Source of the DNA: an uncultured Chlamydiales bacterium
Lineage (GTDB): Bacteria > Chlamydiota > Chlamydiia > Chlamydiales > JAAKFR01
Reading direction: 5' to 3'
Length of the DNA: 64,000 bases
NCBI GenBank assembly: GCA_963699155.1
Contig: OY969414.1
Coordinates: 1,739,757-1,803,756, forward strand
The notes beneath the pieces are model-generated. The model was not told the DNA's origin and made no database searches. It was given only the letters and a program-made list of their open reading frames with translations. This document shows positions 27,407 to 38,200 of this stretch, piece by piece. A program made the position numbers and the translations under genes. How positions within the stretch are numbered: the first letter of the stretch is position 1; each line of letters opens with the position of its first letter.

Positions 27407-27434
27407 ATCTTAATAGAAAATTTAAATTTGTCAA
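27407..27434 (-). promoter_or_regulatory. Probable sigma66 promoter of the 27345/26118 operon
   Basis: Minus strand TTGACA (27434-29)-N16-TAAGAT (27412-07). Confidence 0.55.
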
Positions 27435-27526
27435 CCCTCGAATCAGCGCCAGTAAAGTAAGGGCTATCTGCTTGACCATCCGAGAAGCAGGGTAGTCCAT
27501 AGGGCTTTCATTGCAATAAAGTTATT

Positions 27527-28135
27527 TCACTCTTTCTTTAGACTAAGGTCAAGATTAGAAAACAGCGAAGATTGTAAGGCGTCCAATTTTGATTCGAAAA
27601 ACGTTTTTACTTTACGGAGCTGCTCCATTCCTTCTGGTGAGTAATGAGTTGAAGGAGAACTCAGTTCTTTCTCAATGCTGACAATTTTTTGCGCTAAACG
27701 CGCTCTGAAGCTATGAACCTGGGCATCATCTTTCATTTTATCGACATCAGGCTCTCCCTTTTCCAATGAAAGAATAACATATACGCCAACGGCTCCACAG
27801 ACACCAAAGATGGTCCCTAAACCGAGCGTACCTACCTTTATATAAGTAAAAATTCCAACTTTTATGCTGCCCGGCAAATAGTGTAGATAAGCTGCAGTAC
27901 TTGACAGAAACCCGACAAATGAACCAACTCCAGCACTATAGAATCCAGCCATGGTAGCAGGCAAAAGCCGTACTACCCTTGGCATTCTTTGAGATAAGTT
28001 AGAGGCAAACTCAGTGACACTTTTTTGGGCCTCTTGTTTGGCACTCTCTTCGTCCTGATCCATTTTTTTTAGAAAAGGAGAAAGGGTCTCACTCACTGCA
28101 GTTCGTGCATAGAGATCACTGGGTTGAATGGCCAT
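27527..28135 (-). CDS. Inc-like membrane protein (central bilobed hydrophobic domain, coiled-coil C-terminus)
   Basis: Two Gly-rich hydrophobic segments joined by a short loop. Likely start MAIQ at 28135. Confidence 0.6.
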   Translation of the reverse strand: MAIQPSDLYARTAVSETLSPFLKKMDQDEESAKQEAQKSVTEFASNLSQRMPRVVRLLPATMAGFYSAGVGSFVGFLSSTAAYLHYLPGSIKVGIFTYIKVGTLGLGTIFGVCGAVGVYVILSLEKGEPDVDKMKDDAQVHSFRARLAQKIVSIEKELSSPSTHYSPEGMEQLRKVKTFFESKLDALQSSLFSNLDLSLKKE

Positions 28136-28220
28136 AGAAAACTCCTTCAGAAAAAACATATCGCATAAGAGTTTTTTTTAACGTTAAATCTGATATAAAA
28201 CTCGCTCGTGTCTGGTAACT

Positions 28221-28868
28221 ATGGCTTCTATAACAGGTTTAAGTTCATACAATCCTTTGGCGGATTCTGAAGAATTAAAGAATATTCTTGCCCCTGGCGA
28301 TAAAGAAAAAATTGCTTTTGATCTTCTCGTCAAAATCTTTCAGCCAGGCGCTCTTCCGATTGATGAGCTTCATCCCGATGTTTCTTCTAAAAAAACAGAA
28401 GAAGCGCTCCTTGGCAGAATTCAAGACAAATTTTCCAAAGCTCTCGAAAGTTATAGAAAAGATTATGAAGAGGCCAAAAAATTGGATGAAGCCAGGTTCA
28501 AAGAGATAGATGCTAAGCTCCAACAAGGAATCAATGAGACTCATTTTGCGAGAAAATATGCCTTCTTAGGATTACTACTGGCCGGTATAGGAGCTATCCC
28601 GGGCTATTTCATTGGAAGAAGTTGGGATGAGGATGTGATCAATCGATTAAAAGAGAGCGCTATGAGAGAGAAGTATAGTTACCGAAGATTTTGGCTGATA
28701 AAAGTGGATATTCTTGAAAAAGAACGCATCGTTCAAAACCTCAAGGATATCAAAATGATAGTGAATACGCTGACTGAGCAAATCTCAAAGCTTCTCCCTG
28801 GTAAGGAACTGGCCGTGAAGGAAGCTGAAATGGGAAAACTGACAAAAATTTTAAGAAAGTATTCCTAA
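28221..28868 (+). CDS. Hypothetical single-TM coiled-coil protein
   Basis: 215 aa with one hydrophobic segment (YAFLGLLLAGIGAIPGYFIG). Its stop abuts the ATG of the next gene. Confidence 0.7.
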   Translation: MASITGLSSYNPLADSEELKNILAPGDKEKIAFDLLVKIFQPGALPIDELHPDVSSKKTEEALLGRIQDKFSKALESYRKDYEEAKKLDEARFKEIDAKLQQGINETHFARKYAFLGLLLAGIGAIPGYFIGRSWDEDVINRLKESAMREKYSYRRFWLIKVDILEKERIVQNLKDIKMIVNTLTEQISKLLPGKELAVKEAEMGKLTKILRKYS

Positions 28869-31800
28869 ATGTCTATTCGTGCATCCTGCGGCCGACCAGC
28901 CTCACCAGTTAATGAGCATCCACTTTTAAGAGTTTCTCCTCACGTCTCCTCAGAAACGCTGTGGAAAATATTAGCTCCCCTTATGTTTATCCCTATCACC
29001 TATCCCAACAAAGATTTACAGGGGAGAACTTTGCAACTCTGGAAATATAAAAATTCTCTACGCGGCACTCTCATCGACGCTGAAGGCCATATCCGCTTTT
29101 TTTCGGGAAAAAAAATCCGCAACCCTTGCGCTCTCGACGGAGAAGATCTCCATCTTTTAGCCAATCTAGAGAGCTCTGGCCTGCGCCAATGGCACCTGGG
29201 TTACTCTGAAGCTGCTGGTGAAATCTATATTTTCCCCTATTTAACCGCCGCAGGAAGAAAAGGGGATGTCGATCTGAGTCAAGGCAACAAAAGTCTCATA
29301 CAGGAGTTCAGAGGACGCTTTTCTGCTGCCATCGAACACCTCAAGGCGCGAGACTTGAGAGCGGCTCAAAGAGAAATAAAGGGTGAGGTTGTAAAATGGA
29401 ATAGAAGGGATGATTTCATCAAGTACAGAGGAGCAGATGGTAAAACAGCCAAACTACCTATCCCTGGAATAAAAAGAATAGAACCCTATCACCATTGGAA
29501 AGAAGTTCAAGAGACACAAAAAAATCTTGGAAAACGAGTAGAGGAACTAAACACATTATTAAAATCTTTCCAAAATAAAGAGAGAGGATACGCTCAAGAA
29601 GAATTCAACCAGACTAAACGCCTGCATGAAGATTATACCCATTTGCTGCGCCAAACTTATCGGTTTGTTCCTCCAGATGCCAAACCTCCTGACGGTTTCG
29701 AAAAAAGAACGCCGCTTCTACTCACCCACACGAAAGGTGGTGGTGATTCGCTGAGCACCAAACATTTTGAAAATATGCTCAGACAAACGGGGCTGATGGA
29801 TAGCTATAAGAGCAGTAATCCTCAGGCCTCATTTTCGGGAGGCGGCAGAGCAGATATTGGAGGTGTGGCGTGTAGCCCAGCCTATATCCAGGGATTGTTT
29901 GATCCCCCTGAAACTCTATTTGAAAGAGAGCACTATTTTGCTTTTCCGGTGGCTGGGAGCTCACCGCCATTTTCCGATGAGGAGTTGCGGCAGATCTTAC
30001 AGGAGCTAGCAATCGGAATCTATGTACATGATACCATCCCCTTTTTCAGCCTCCATTTTGATAGAGATTCCAACCTTTTTCCAGTGATTCACCCGGTGTA
30101 CCGCCACACATTAGTGGGCAGGGTGATCAGCATGCTCGACTATATGATGAAAGGCTATCTGAACGGAGGCGTTTTTCATGAGACCTTTATCGATGATTGG
30201 GCCAAAAACCCCCACTGGCCTGCTCAGAAGGAAAAGGGACGTCAAGAGCTGATCGATTTCCAAGACTATTGTCTCAAAGAACTGAACGACGGGGATCAGT
30301 CTTACTTTTCACTGAGAACCTTGAAATTGAGAAACTTGGAACTAGGAGAGTCTGATAAACCTGCTTCCCAAACCGACTTTTCAGGCTTCAGGAACTCTTT
30401 CCGTATTATCGGCAAGCAGAAGAGCTATCAGAAAGAGGGGCCTCTTTTCACCGTTGATACCGATTTTGATGTCCTTTATACGATCTCTCCTCCTGCTACC
30501 TATCAAGCAACAGATGGCAAAGCAGCCCCAGGCTATCAAGAACTGGAGGGACTTTTTAAAGAAATGGTCCAACGCATCCATGATCACATGCCTAAGATAC
30601 CTATCTGCAGAAGGTATTTTGAGATGCTCTCTGTCATTAACTTTTTTTCCGCCTATTTTTCAACAATGAAGCGTCATCGGAAAATTCCCAATCTTCTTCC
30701 CGCTATCTCGACAGGGAAAAGCAATGGCTGCCCTACCCTCTTTCCCCATTTGCCTATCCAGAAGTTCAGTCAAGAATTCATCCAGGCTAATTTCTTTGAT
30801 CTCATTCAATCGGCTCAAAGAGCCATTCAGACATTTGGACAAGATATCTATCTCTCACAACAGGCTAAACAAGATTTAACTGCCCTTCTGGAGATCAATA
30901 AAAAGGCTCTTCTACGTCAATTGAAGATGGCTCTTCAGTCTGAGATTTTAAAACGAGCGAGTAGACCACTGAGGATCTATTTTGAAAGCCAAAATCAGAA
31001 ACTGGGAGAGATAGTTGATAAGAATGAGGATATGTTAAGGAAAATAGTTTTGACCATCTTTGAGTTCTATCAGAAAAATCTAGCTAAACAAAAATCAGAG
31101 ATCGAAGCTCAAGCTCAAAAACTAGTGGTCCTCTTTGAACAAGAAAGACAACAGAAAATCACACAAGAACTGCATAAAGTATTTAACGAACTATGGCCAG
31201 AGTTGCTAAAGAGAATGGCTGATCACAATCAGGTAAAGAATCTCTATTCTATTCGCTATACAGTCTCCTTGCTTGAGTCAGATTTAGCTTCAGGAGAAAT
31301 CGAGATCGAGTATGGTAAGCGGGTTGTTGGTGGCTGTGGACTTCGGTTAAAAGAGCGGCCTTTGCACCCCTCATTTCAAGGGGCGCTCTTACTTCAACAA
31401 CAGGAAACTGCTTTACAAGAGATGCTAGAAGAGCGTTGGACCCTCTTAAATGGCGTAGGAAGCTCCTTTGCTACTTTGCGACTCAGTTTTGACGAACTCT
31501 CTCCAGGAGAGGCTAATGACTACTCCTGGATGAGGGATTGGCTATCGCCAGAAGCAGAAATGACCACTGATTCTGTTGAGCTATTGAGTGCTTTCGACGA
31601 TCCCTCCTCTCTGAAACTCCTGATCGAAAAGGGTCTACAGCCTGATCGCCCTGATTCCGATGGCTATACGCCTATTCATCTTGCTGCAATGCATGGAAGT
31701 CAAGCTTGTGTGCAACTTTTATTACAAAAAGAGCCTCGCTGCTTAAATGTAAAGAGTGTTCAGGGGCTCACTCCGCTGCTCGTTGCTATCGAGCACAATC

Positions 31801-34800
31801 AACTCTCCGTTGCACAGTTGTTAGTTGCCAATGGAGCCGCTTGGACGGTAACGAGAGAAGGGTATAATCCCCTTCATGTGGCTTTACAACTGGGCCATCT
31901 TGAAATGACTGAACTGCTTTTGACCTCTCCTCACCTGCGTTTTTTTATCAACGAAGATAGCGAGGAAGGTGGAACTCCACTCATGCTTGCCTCTGCATTA
32001 GATAATCCCGATCTCGTAGAAGCTTTAATTGCAAAAGGTGCTAACGCCGCCTATCAAACTAAAACGGGTCAATCGGCTACAAGAGTCGCCTTACGCAGGA
32101 AATGTCTCCCTGTCTTGAAAGTGTTATGTCAGCAGGAGCGGTCGACTTCTGAGTCCATTCATTTTGCTTGCGCAGAAGGGAGTGTAGAGATCATTGAAAT
32201 CATGAGAATTCAAGCAAACACACCCACAAATGCTTCTGGGGATACAGCGCTCCATACCTCGCTCCTCTCTGGCAACCTACGAGTGGCACTTCATCTCATC
32301 AAAAATAGACCCAGTGGCCAGGTATTAGACAATCCGAATCATCAGGGGGTCACTCCCATGCAGCTGGCCCTTAGATGGGGATTCTGGGAAGTGATCGACC
32401 TTTTAGCAGCCCAGGGGATTCCATTCTTTCTGATTGAAGCGATGCGCCTACACTATCATCCTCTTTTAAAGAAGCTCGTTCAAAATGAAGAGTATTCTCA
32501 AAAGGAGCTTCAAGCAGCTTTGGAGCGAGCGATTCGATGCCGTAACTACGAAGCGATCAGTCAGGTCTTAATTCCCAAGGGGGCAGATATTTACACCTTC
32601 CAAGATGCGCAGGGTCGAAGGCTCATCCACTATTTAGCCGCCTCAGATGGGATTCATCTATTTAAAGAATGGCTTTCTAAGAGAATGGAGGATCTAACGC
32701 TGATTCATACGGGAAAAACTCTGCTCTACATCGCTGCAGAAAATCGAAGTCATCGCATTTTTTCTTACCTTTTAGGTTTGGTCAAAGAGAAAAGAGCCTC
32801 CCTACAGCCTAAAGGGGCTTTTCACCCCTTACAGGCAGTCGCTGAGTCAGGTGACAAAGAACTTTTCGATGAGCTAGTCACCTCTTTTCCCGATCAAAAC
32901 CTGCCCAATCATGTTTTAGATGATCGTGGCACAAGAGCCAGCCATATTGCAGCAAGAAAGGGACACAAAGCCCTCTTTGATCTGCTAAAAGCTCAAGGAG
33001 CTGAAGCCGCAGCAACCGATCGCTCTGGAAAATCGGCTCATGATTATGCGATCGAGAATGGTCATGCTGCGCTCTTTTCAAAAGAGCTAGAGGGAGCCGC
33101 CCTTTCCAGTGAATCCCTTCTGAAATTAGCAGAAGAGGCCAACCTATTATTACTCCAGTCAGCGATCCAATTACCCCATACTCAGAAAAACTATGACCAC
33201 TCTCTGATCTTGGCTGCTCAATACAATTCCAAGCTGGCCTTCATACGACTTTGGGGGGCTGGAAAACCTTCAGAAAAAAGTGTGAGAGAAGCTTTTCTCA
33301 TTGTATCCAGACGAGGTCATTTTGAACTTTTAGAATTCATGTTAATGCAAAACCCAACCCTGGCTCAAACCTCGTCTGGAGAAGAATTCAATCCTGTAGC
33401 GGAGGCTGAAAAAAATGGACAGACACGCTGTGCCTTACGTCTCCAAGGGAAAGATTTCCCTAAAAGCAAATACCAACTCTCCATTGAAGCTGACAATTGG
33501 GAAACAGTGACTTTAAAACTATTTCAAGCATTGTCTCAACGCCCTTTCAACGAAGAGTTAGAGGTGGTCGTGTTTGGACAAAGCTGGTGGGGAACTCCTC
33601 TACAACTCTTATTCCAAATTCATGCGAAAAAGGAGGCTTTAGATCTGATTGAATTGAATAAGGAAAAAATAGATCCCAACCGCCAAGACAGCAATGGAAA
33701 TACCTTAGCTCATCTGCTTCTTTTACATCAGATCGATCCCACCTTTCTCACCAATATCGACTTCACCAAGAAAAATTATCAGGATCAAACACTGGCTCAT
33801 TTAGCTGCAAAAAAAATGCCTACAGAAACTTTAGAGGCTATTTTTAGAGAAAATCCTGATTTGATTCATGCGAAAGATCGTCAGGGGCGGGCACCTCTTG
33901 TTTATAGTTTGGAGGCCGACTCAACAGAAAACTTGGTCTATCTGATTGAAAAAAGAGGTGTAGAATTAACTCCCGAGCTCCTTTTGGCTTGCTGTAAAAA
34001 AGGAAAAATCAACCACGCGAGAGTACTTATTGAGCATGGTCTGATTCCTGACCCTTCTTGCCTTCAGAATGCCCTTCAACAAGAAAATGAGAAGCTAGTC
34101 CATCTCTTATTGGAGTATGGAGTGAAAGTAGATCAGCCATTTTCCGATGGCAGCTCTCCCCTTCATCTAGGAGCTCGTTCAAAAGATCTACGTCTCTTGC
34201 GTCTACTCGTTGCAAAAGGAGCTATCATTGAGGCAATAGATTCCAGAGGATTTCAACCGATTCATATTGCGGCCCAACAGGGTAATAGTGAAGCTGTCGA
34301 AGAATTGGCAGAACTCCAAGGAGAAGGGATAGATGTCTGCACTCAAAAGGGAGAAACTCCTTTACACCTATCTGCGCTCCATGGTCAAACAGAAACAGTG
34401 GAAAGAGAGTTGCTGCTCGGAGCCGATCCTGAGAAGAAAACGACCCAAAAGCAGGATGTGCTCTCTTTTTCAGCAGCCGGGCAAAGAGCTGCTCCTACCC
34501 TAGAGCTATTTTTGCCCTATAAGTTTTCTCAAGAGTTGGATCGACTCGGCCCAGCACTTGTGCAAGCGATTAGAAATGATAATCTTGATGCAATGGTTGC
34601 CTTATATAATCGAGGGATCTCTTGCATCTCTTCTCTGATCACTGGATTAAATATCACTGGTTTGCATATCGCCAGCGAAAGTGGGGCTCTCTTGTGTACG
34701 CAATGGCTTCTTGAACAAGGTGTAGATCCTCATCTTCAAAATCATGAGGGAGAGACAGCCTATACTCTAGCAGCCGTCAATCGCTCTTCAGAGCAGTTTA

Positions 34801-35276
34801 GATTGCTTCTCGAATATAGCGATTGGAATCGGAAGAAAGAGGAAAGGCTGCTCCATCTGGCTACCCAAGCAAATAATCTACAGCATGTTCTCATACTCAT
34901 CTTAATGGGTGTCGAGATCGATGCAAGGGATCTGCGTGGGAACACGGCCCTGCACATAGCCATCAAGCATGAACGTAAAGAGATGACACGCCTTTTACTC
35001 TGCCTTGGAGCTGATTTTGCTTTGCCTGATCAAGAGGGCATGACCCCGCAAATAAGGAGACCTGAATGGAAGCAGTTGTTTGAAGAGGCGATGAAGCAGT
35101 CCGATCTTTTACTCCGTTCTGTTGAAATGCAATGTCTGGCTGCTCTCTTGTTTCATTCCCAAGCGGAAGCTGTTTTTGATGAAAAAGGGAAAGGGAGTGA
35201 GGCCATCGCTTTAGCTGAAAGTATGGGGCTGAAAAAAATTCACTTCCTGCTCCTTCAACAAAAGTCCAGGTTTTAG
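28869..35276 (+). CDS. Giant ankyrin-repeat protein with an N-terminal Ntox28-like motif and a central unknown domain
   Basis: 2135 aa. Many ANK motifs from ~31600 onward (GYTPIHLAA, GLTPLLVAI, GGTPLMLAS, GETPLHLSA, GNTALHIAI). N-terminal EHL..RDL.AA.REIKGEVV...HWKEV motif. Confidence 0.85.
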   Translation: MSIRASCGRPASPVNEHPLLRVSPHVSSETLWKILAPLMFIPITYPNKDLQGRTLQLWKYKNSLRGTLIDAEGHIRFFSGKKIRNPCALDGEDLHLLANLESSGLRQWHLGYSEAAGEIYIFPYLTAAGRKGDVDLSQGNKSLIQEFRGRFSAAIEHLKARDLRAAQREIKGEVVKWNRRDDFIKYRGADGKTAKLPIPGIKRIEPYHHWKEVQETQKNLGKRVEELNTLLKSFQNKERGYAQEEFNQTKRLHEDYTHLLRQTYRFVPPDAKPPDGFEKRTPLLLTHTKGGGDSLSTKHFENMLRQTGLMDSYKSSNPQASFSGGGRADIGGVACSPAYIQGLFDPPETLFEREHYFAFPVAGSSPPFSDEELRQILQELAIGIYVHDTIPFFSLHFDRDSNLFPVIHPVYRHTLVGRVISMLDYMMKGYLNGGVFHETFIDDWAKNPHWPAQKEKGRQELIDFQDYCLKELNDGDQSYFSLRTLKLRNLELGESDKPASQTDFSGFRNSFRIIGKQKSYQKEGPLFTVDTDFDVLYTISPPATYQATDGKAAPGYQELEGLFKEMVQRIHDHMPKIPICRRYFEMLSVINFFSAYFSTMKRHRKIPNLLPAISTGKSNGCPTLFPHLPIQKFSQEFIQANFFDLIQSAQRAIQTFGQDIYLSQQAKQDLTALLEINKKALLRQLKMALQSEILKRASRPLRIYFESQNQKLGEIVDKNEDMLRKIVLTIFEFYQKNLAKQKSEIEAQAQKLVVLFEQERQQKITQELHKVFNELWPELLKRMADHNQVKNLYSIRYTVSLLESDLASGEIEIEYGKRVVGGCGLRLKERPLHPSFQGALLLQQQETALQEMLEERWTLLNGVGSSFATLRLSFDELSPGEANDYSWMRDWLSPEAEMTTDSVELLSAFDDPSSLKLLIEKGLQPDRPDSDGYTPIHLAAMHGSQACVQLLLQKEPRCLNVKSVQGLTPLLVAIEHNQLSVAQLLVANGAAWTVTREGYNPLHVALQLGHLEMTELLLTSPHLRFFINEDSEEGGTPLMLASALDNPDLVEALIAKGANAAYQTKTGQSATRVALRRKCLPVLKVLCQQERSTSESIHFACAEGSVEIIEIMRIQANTPTNASGDTALHTSLLSGNLRVALHLIKNRPSGQVLDNPNHQGVTPMQLALRWGFWEVIDLLAAQGIPFFLIEAMRLHYHPLLKKLVQNEEYSQKELQAALERAIRCRNYEAISQVLIPKGADIYTFQDAQGRRLIHYLAASDGIHLFKEWLSKRMEDLTLIHTGKTLLYIAAENRSHRIFSYLLGLVKEKRASLQPKGAFHPLQAVAESGDKELFDELVTSFPDQNLPNHVLDDRGTRASHIAARKGHKALFDLLKAQGAEAAATDRSGKSAHDYAIENGHAALFSKELEGAALSSESLLKLAEEANLLLLQSAIQLPHTQKNYDHSLILAAQYNSKLAFIRLWGAGKPSEKSVREAFLIVSRRGHFELLEFMLMQNPTLAQTSSGEEFNPVAEAEKNGQTRCALRLQGKDFPKSKYQLSIEADNWETVTLKLFQALSQRPFNEELEVVVFGQSWWGTPLQLLFQIHAKKEALDLIELNKEKIDPNRQDSNGNTLAHLLLLHQIDPTFLTNIDFTKKNYQDQTLAHLAAKKMPTETLEAIFRENPDLIHAKDRQGRAPLVYSLEADSTENLVYLIEKRGVELTPELLLACCKKGKINHARVLIEHGLIPDPSCLQNALQQENEKLVHLLLEYGVKVDQPFSDGSSPLHLGARSKDLRLLRLLVAKGAIIEAIDSRGFQPIHIAAQQGNSEAVEELAELQGEGIDVCTQKGETPLHLSALHGQTETVERELLLGADPEKKTTQKQDVLSFSAAGQRAAPTLELFLPYKFSQELDRLGPALVQAIRNDNLDAMVALYNRGISCISSLITGLNITGLHIASESGALLCTQWLLEQGVDPHLQNHEGETAYTLAAVNRSSEQFRLLLEYSDWNRKKEERLLHLATQANNLQHVLILILMGVEIDARDLRGNTALHIAIKHERKEMTRLLLCLGADFALPDQEGMTPQIRRPEWKQLFEEAMKQSDLLLRSVEMQCLAALLFHSQAEAVFDEKGKGSEAIALAESMGLKKIHFLLLQQKSRF

Positions 35277-35286
35277 GAAATTTAAA

Positions 35287-38200
35287 GTGGCCATCCAAGA
35301 AAGTCTCAGGCTCTTTTTCACCTCCGGTGAGCTGGACAACATCGACCGATTACCAAAGAGAGTGCAGGAGCATTACTGCACACGTTACCAAGGAGTTGAC
35401 CAACTTGATGAGTTAGAACTCAAAATCCTCAAGCTGATTGCTGAAGTGGTCCCATTGTGCAAAGATCGAGCGTTAGCAGAGGACTTTTTTTTAACTCTGG
35501 ATAAAGGCAGTCCAGAACAGACTCTGAAGAAATTGTCACTGTTAAAAAAAATCTGTCAGGAGGGTCAAAATCAACGGATAGAGGCTCTTTTGCAATGTGC
35601 AGTGACTAGGAAAAAGGAGTATTACAACACTGCTGCTCTTTCCCAGATGATCGAGGCATTTGATTCATTGAAAGAAGAAGCTCAAAGAAGCTTACCCACC
35701 CCCTTTCCTCCTTATGAAGCAGGTGGGAGAGAGCTTTTACTTCAATTAAAATGGGGGATTTGTGTCAGAGGTGCCCCTTCCAGGTTGCAGAGAGGCATGT
35801 GGGATTCATTTTACAATGCCTCAGATCCTCCACAGAAAATCAAAACTCTTGCGCTTCAACTTCTTCAACTTTTACCTGAAAAACAGAGAGTTGACTTAGA
35901 ACTCTATCGCACTTTTTTCAACAAAATTCTTACAGAAAATAAATTAAGAGCCCCTTCTAAAGCTTTTTTAATCAAACTGACGGTATTGACCACGACGGTG
36001 GCAGATAAAAAGTCTGCAGCCCCTCTCTTTTTTTGGGATGATTTTCAAGAACTTTTAGCGGAAACCGTCGCTCTCGTTAAAGTAGTAGGTGAAGAGGGTT
36101 TTGAAGCCATTGCTGAGAGTTTCTTGGCAGAAGGGGATAAAAATTTTGAAGATCTTCGATCCATCATCTCTTTAGTGACCTGGTTTGGCAACCAATCAGG
36201 TCAATGGGAATGGTTAAAGCAGAAGCTACAATCGATTAGAAATAGAGAAAAAAAGCTCAATGCCTTCCTCTCTGACTTGGAAGAGTGCTTTGTTGAGCTG
36301 CGTAGTCAAATGCCGGTCGGCTTGCCTAGCAATATAGAAGTGCTACTCAAACGCTTTGAGCTTCCTGATCCCCGTTGTGTCCAGTATCCATTGTCAAAGG
36401 ATAAAATCGAATGTATAAAAAAACAGTATCAAGCGATCCACAAGTTATGTGTGGCTCGCAATGGTTGGCATCTCTCGCGATGTGCTCAGCGTGTACGTGA
36501 GATCCAGAAAAAAGGAAAATTAAATGAGGAGGATATCCATGAGTTGATGGCCTCCGCTTATTTGGTGATTCGCATTAAATTTCAAATCGATCTTCACCCC
36601 ACTCAAATTTTAGCGGTTTTAGCTCTTCTTGCTTGTTCTCCAAGGGGCTTTGCCCAAATTAAAACCGGTGAAGGTAAGACATTCGATGTGACCCTTCTCG
36701 CCTTCATAATGGTGATGCATCTTATGCGGGTTCATATTGTCACCTCTTCACGCCCTCTTGCCATCCGTGATCAACGCCAAATGGCCTCCTTCTTTCACAT
36801 ATTTGCTATTACCACAGATCATATCTGTGAAGACCAGAGAGCGGCACAGCACTACCAGGCGCAAATCATCTATGGAACCGCTTATGACTATGAGTTCTCT
36901 CTGATGCGAGAAATGCTCTATTCAATCACACTTTTTCCACCTAAACGAACCGGCGAACAACCTTTCGATTGTGTGATTGTGGATGAGATGGATAATTTGA
37001 CTATCGATACCGCTTCAGATTCTGCACGCCTTTCAATGCAAGTGGAAACAACCTTCGAATGGATCTATCACGCAATTTACCGCTTTATTTCACGAGAACA
37101 AGATCCCTCTTTCCCATCACTTTGTGCCTACCTCAGGGAGCATCATGCCACTCAATTCACCCTATTCACCAAAGAACAGGGAATATTAAAAGGGGGAAAA
37201 AAGTTGATGACCTTGCTGGGTGCCGCCCTCTATGTGCGCGACAAGTGCCATGTGAAGGAGGATTATGTCCTACTTCCCAATGAAGAGGGGGAAATAGAAG
37301 TTGTCATTGTCGACAAAAAAAATACCGGACAATTGAAAATAAGTAGCCGCTGGTCCTACGGAATTCATGAATTTATAGAGGTCAAACACGATTTAAAGGT
37401 GAGGAGAGAATCGCGGACTCCTATTTCTCTCTCTCATGCTGTTTTTTATTCTTTGTATGAATGCTTTTTTGGGCTATCAGGCACAGCAGGTTCTGAGGGA
37501 GACAGAGAAACCCTCAAGGAGGTTTACCAGGTGGAGATTTTTGATGTTCCTACCGAGAAACCTCCACAAAGAGAAGATCTGCCTATCCGCTTTTTTCCAG
37601 AGAGGACGGATCTGCTGGTTGGAATTAAACAAAGAATCGAAGAAATGAAGGCCCGGAAGAGACCCAGCTTAATTCTTTGCGAATCAATCGAAGATTCGGA
37701 ATCTGTTGCAAAATTCTTACAAGACAACCATATCACTTTCGAACTGTTAAATGAATTACAGGAAAAGGGCAAAGATGAAATTCTAGAAGGGGCTGGCCAT
37801 CCTGGAGCCCTGACTGTTGCAACTAACAATGCCGCACGAGGGGAAGACATTAGGCTCAGAAAGGAGAGCGAAAGTCAGGGAGGGCTCTACGTCCTATTCA
37901 TTTTCTATCCTGAGTCAGATAGAGGTGAAGGTCAAGGAAGAGGAAGAGCAGGGCGTCAAGGGCAGCCAGGTACTTCCGAAATCTATCTTGCTAAAGACCG
38001 TTTAAAAATTGAGACTAAAGGGCTCTCAGACGATGAAATCGTGCAAAAGCTAACTGAAAGCAGAAAGGAAAAGGCAAAAAGTGGCCATTTAGCGTTAAGG
38101 CGAGGGAAAATTGAAAAAGAGCTCTTCAAAAAAGCGAAACAATTCTTTGAAAGAGTCAATCATTTTCACCGCATCATGACCGAGGAAAAGACCCTGCGGA

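Noticed and set aside
27462..27499. Imperfect hairpin GGGCTATCTGCTT…AAGCAGGGTAGTCC as a possible ncRNA
   Set aside because: Single imperfect stem just downstream of a stop codon, with no recognisable RNA family motif. At most a weak terminator.
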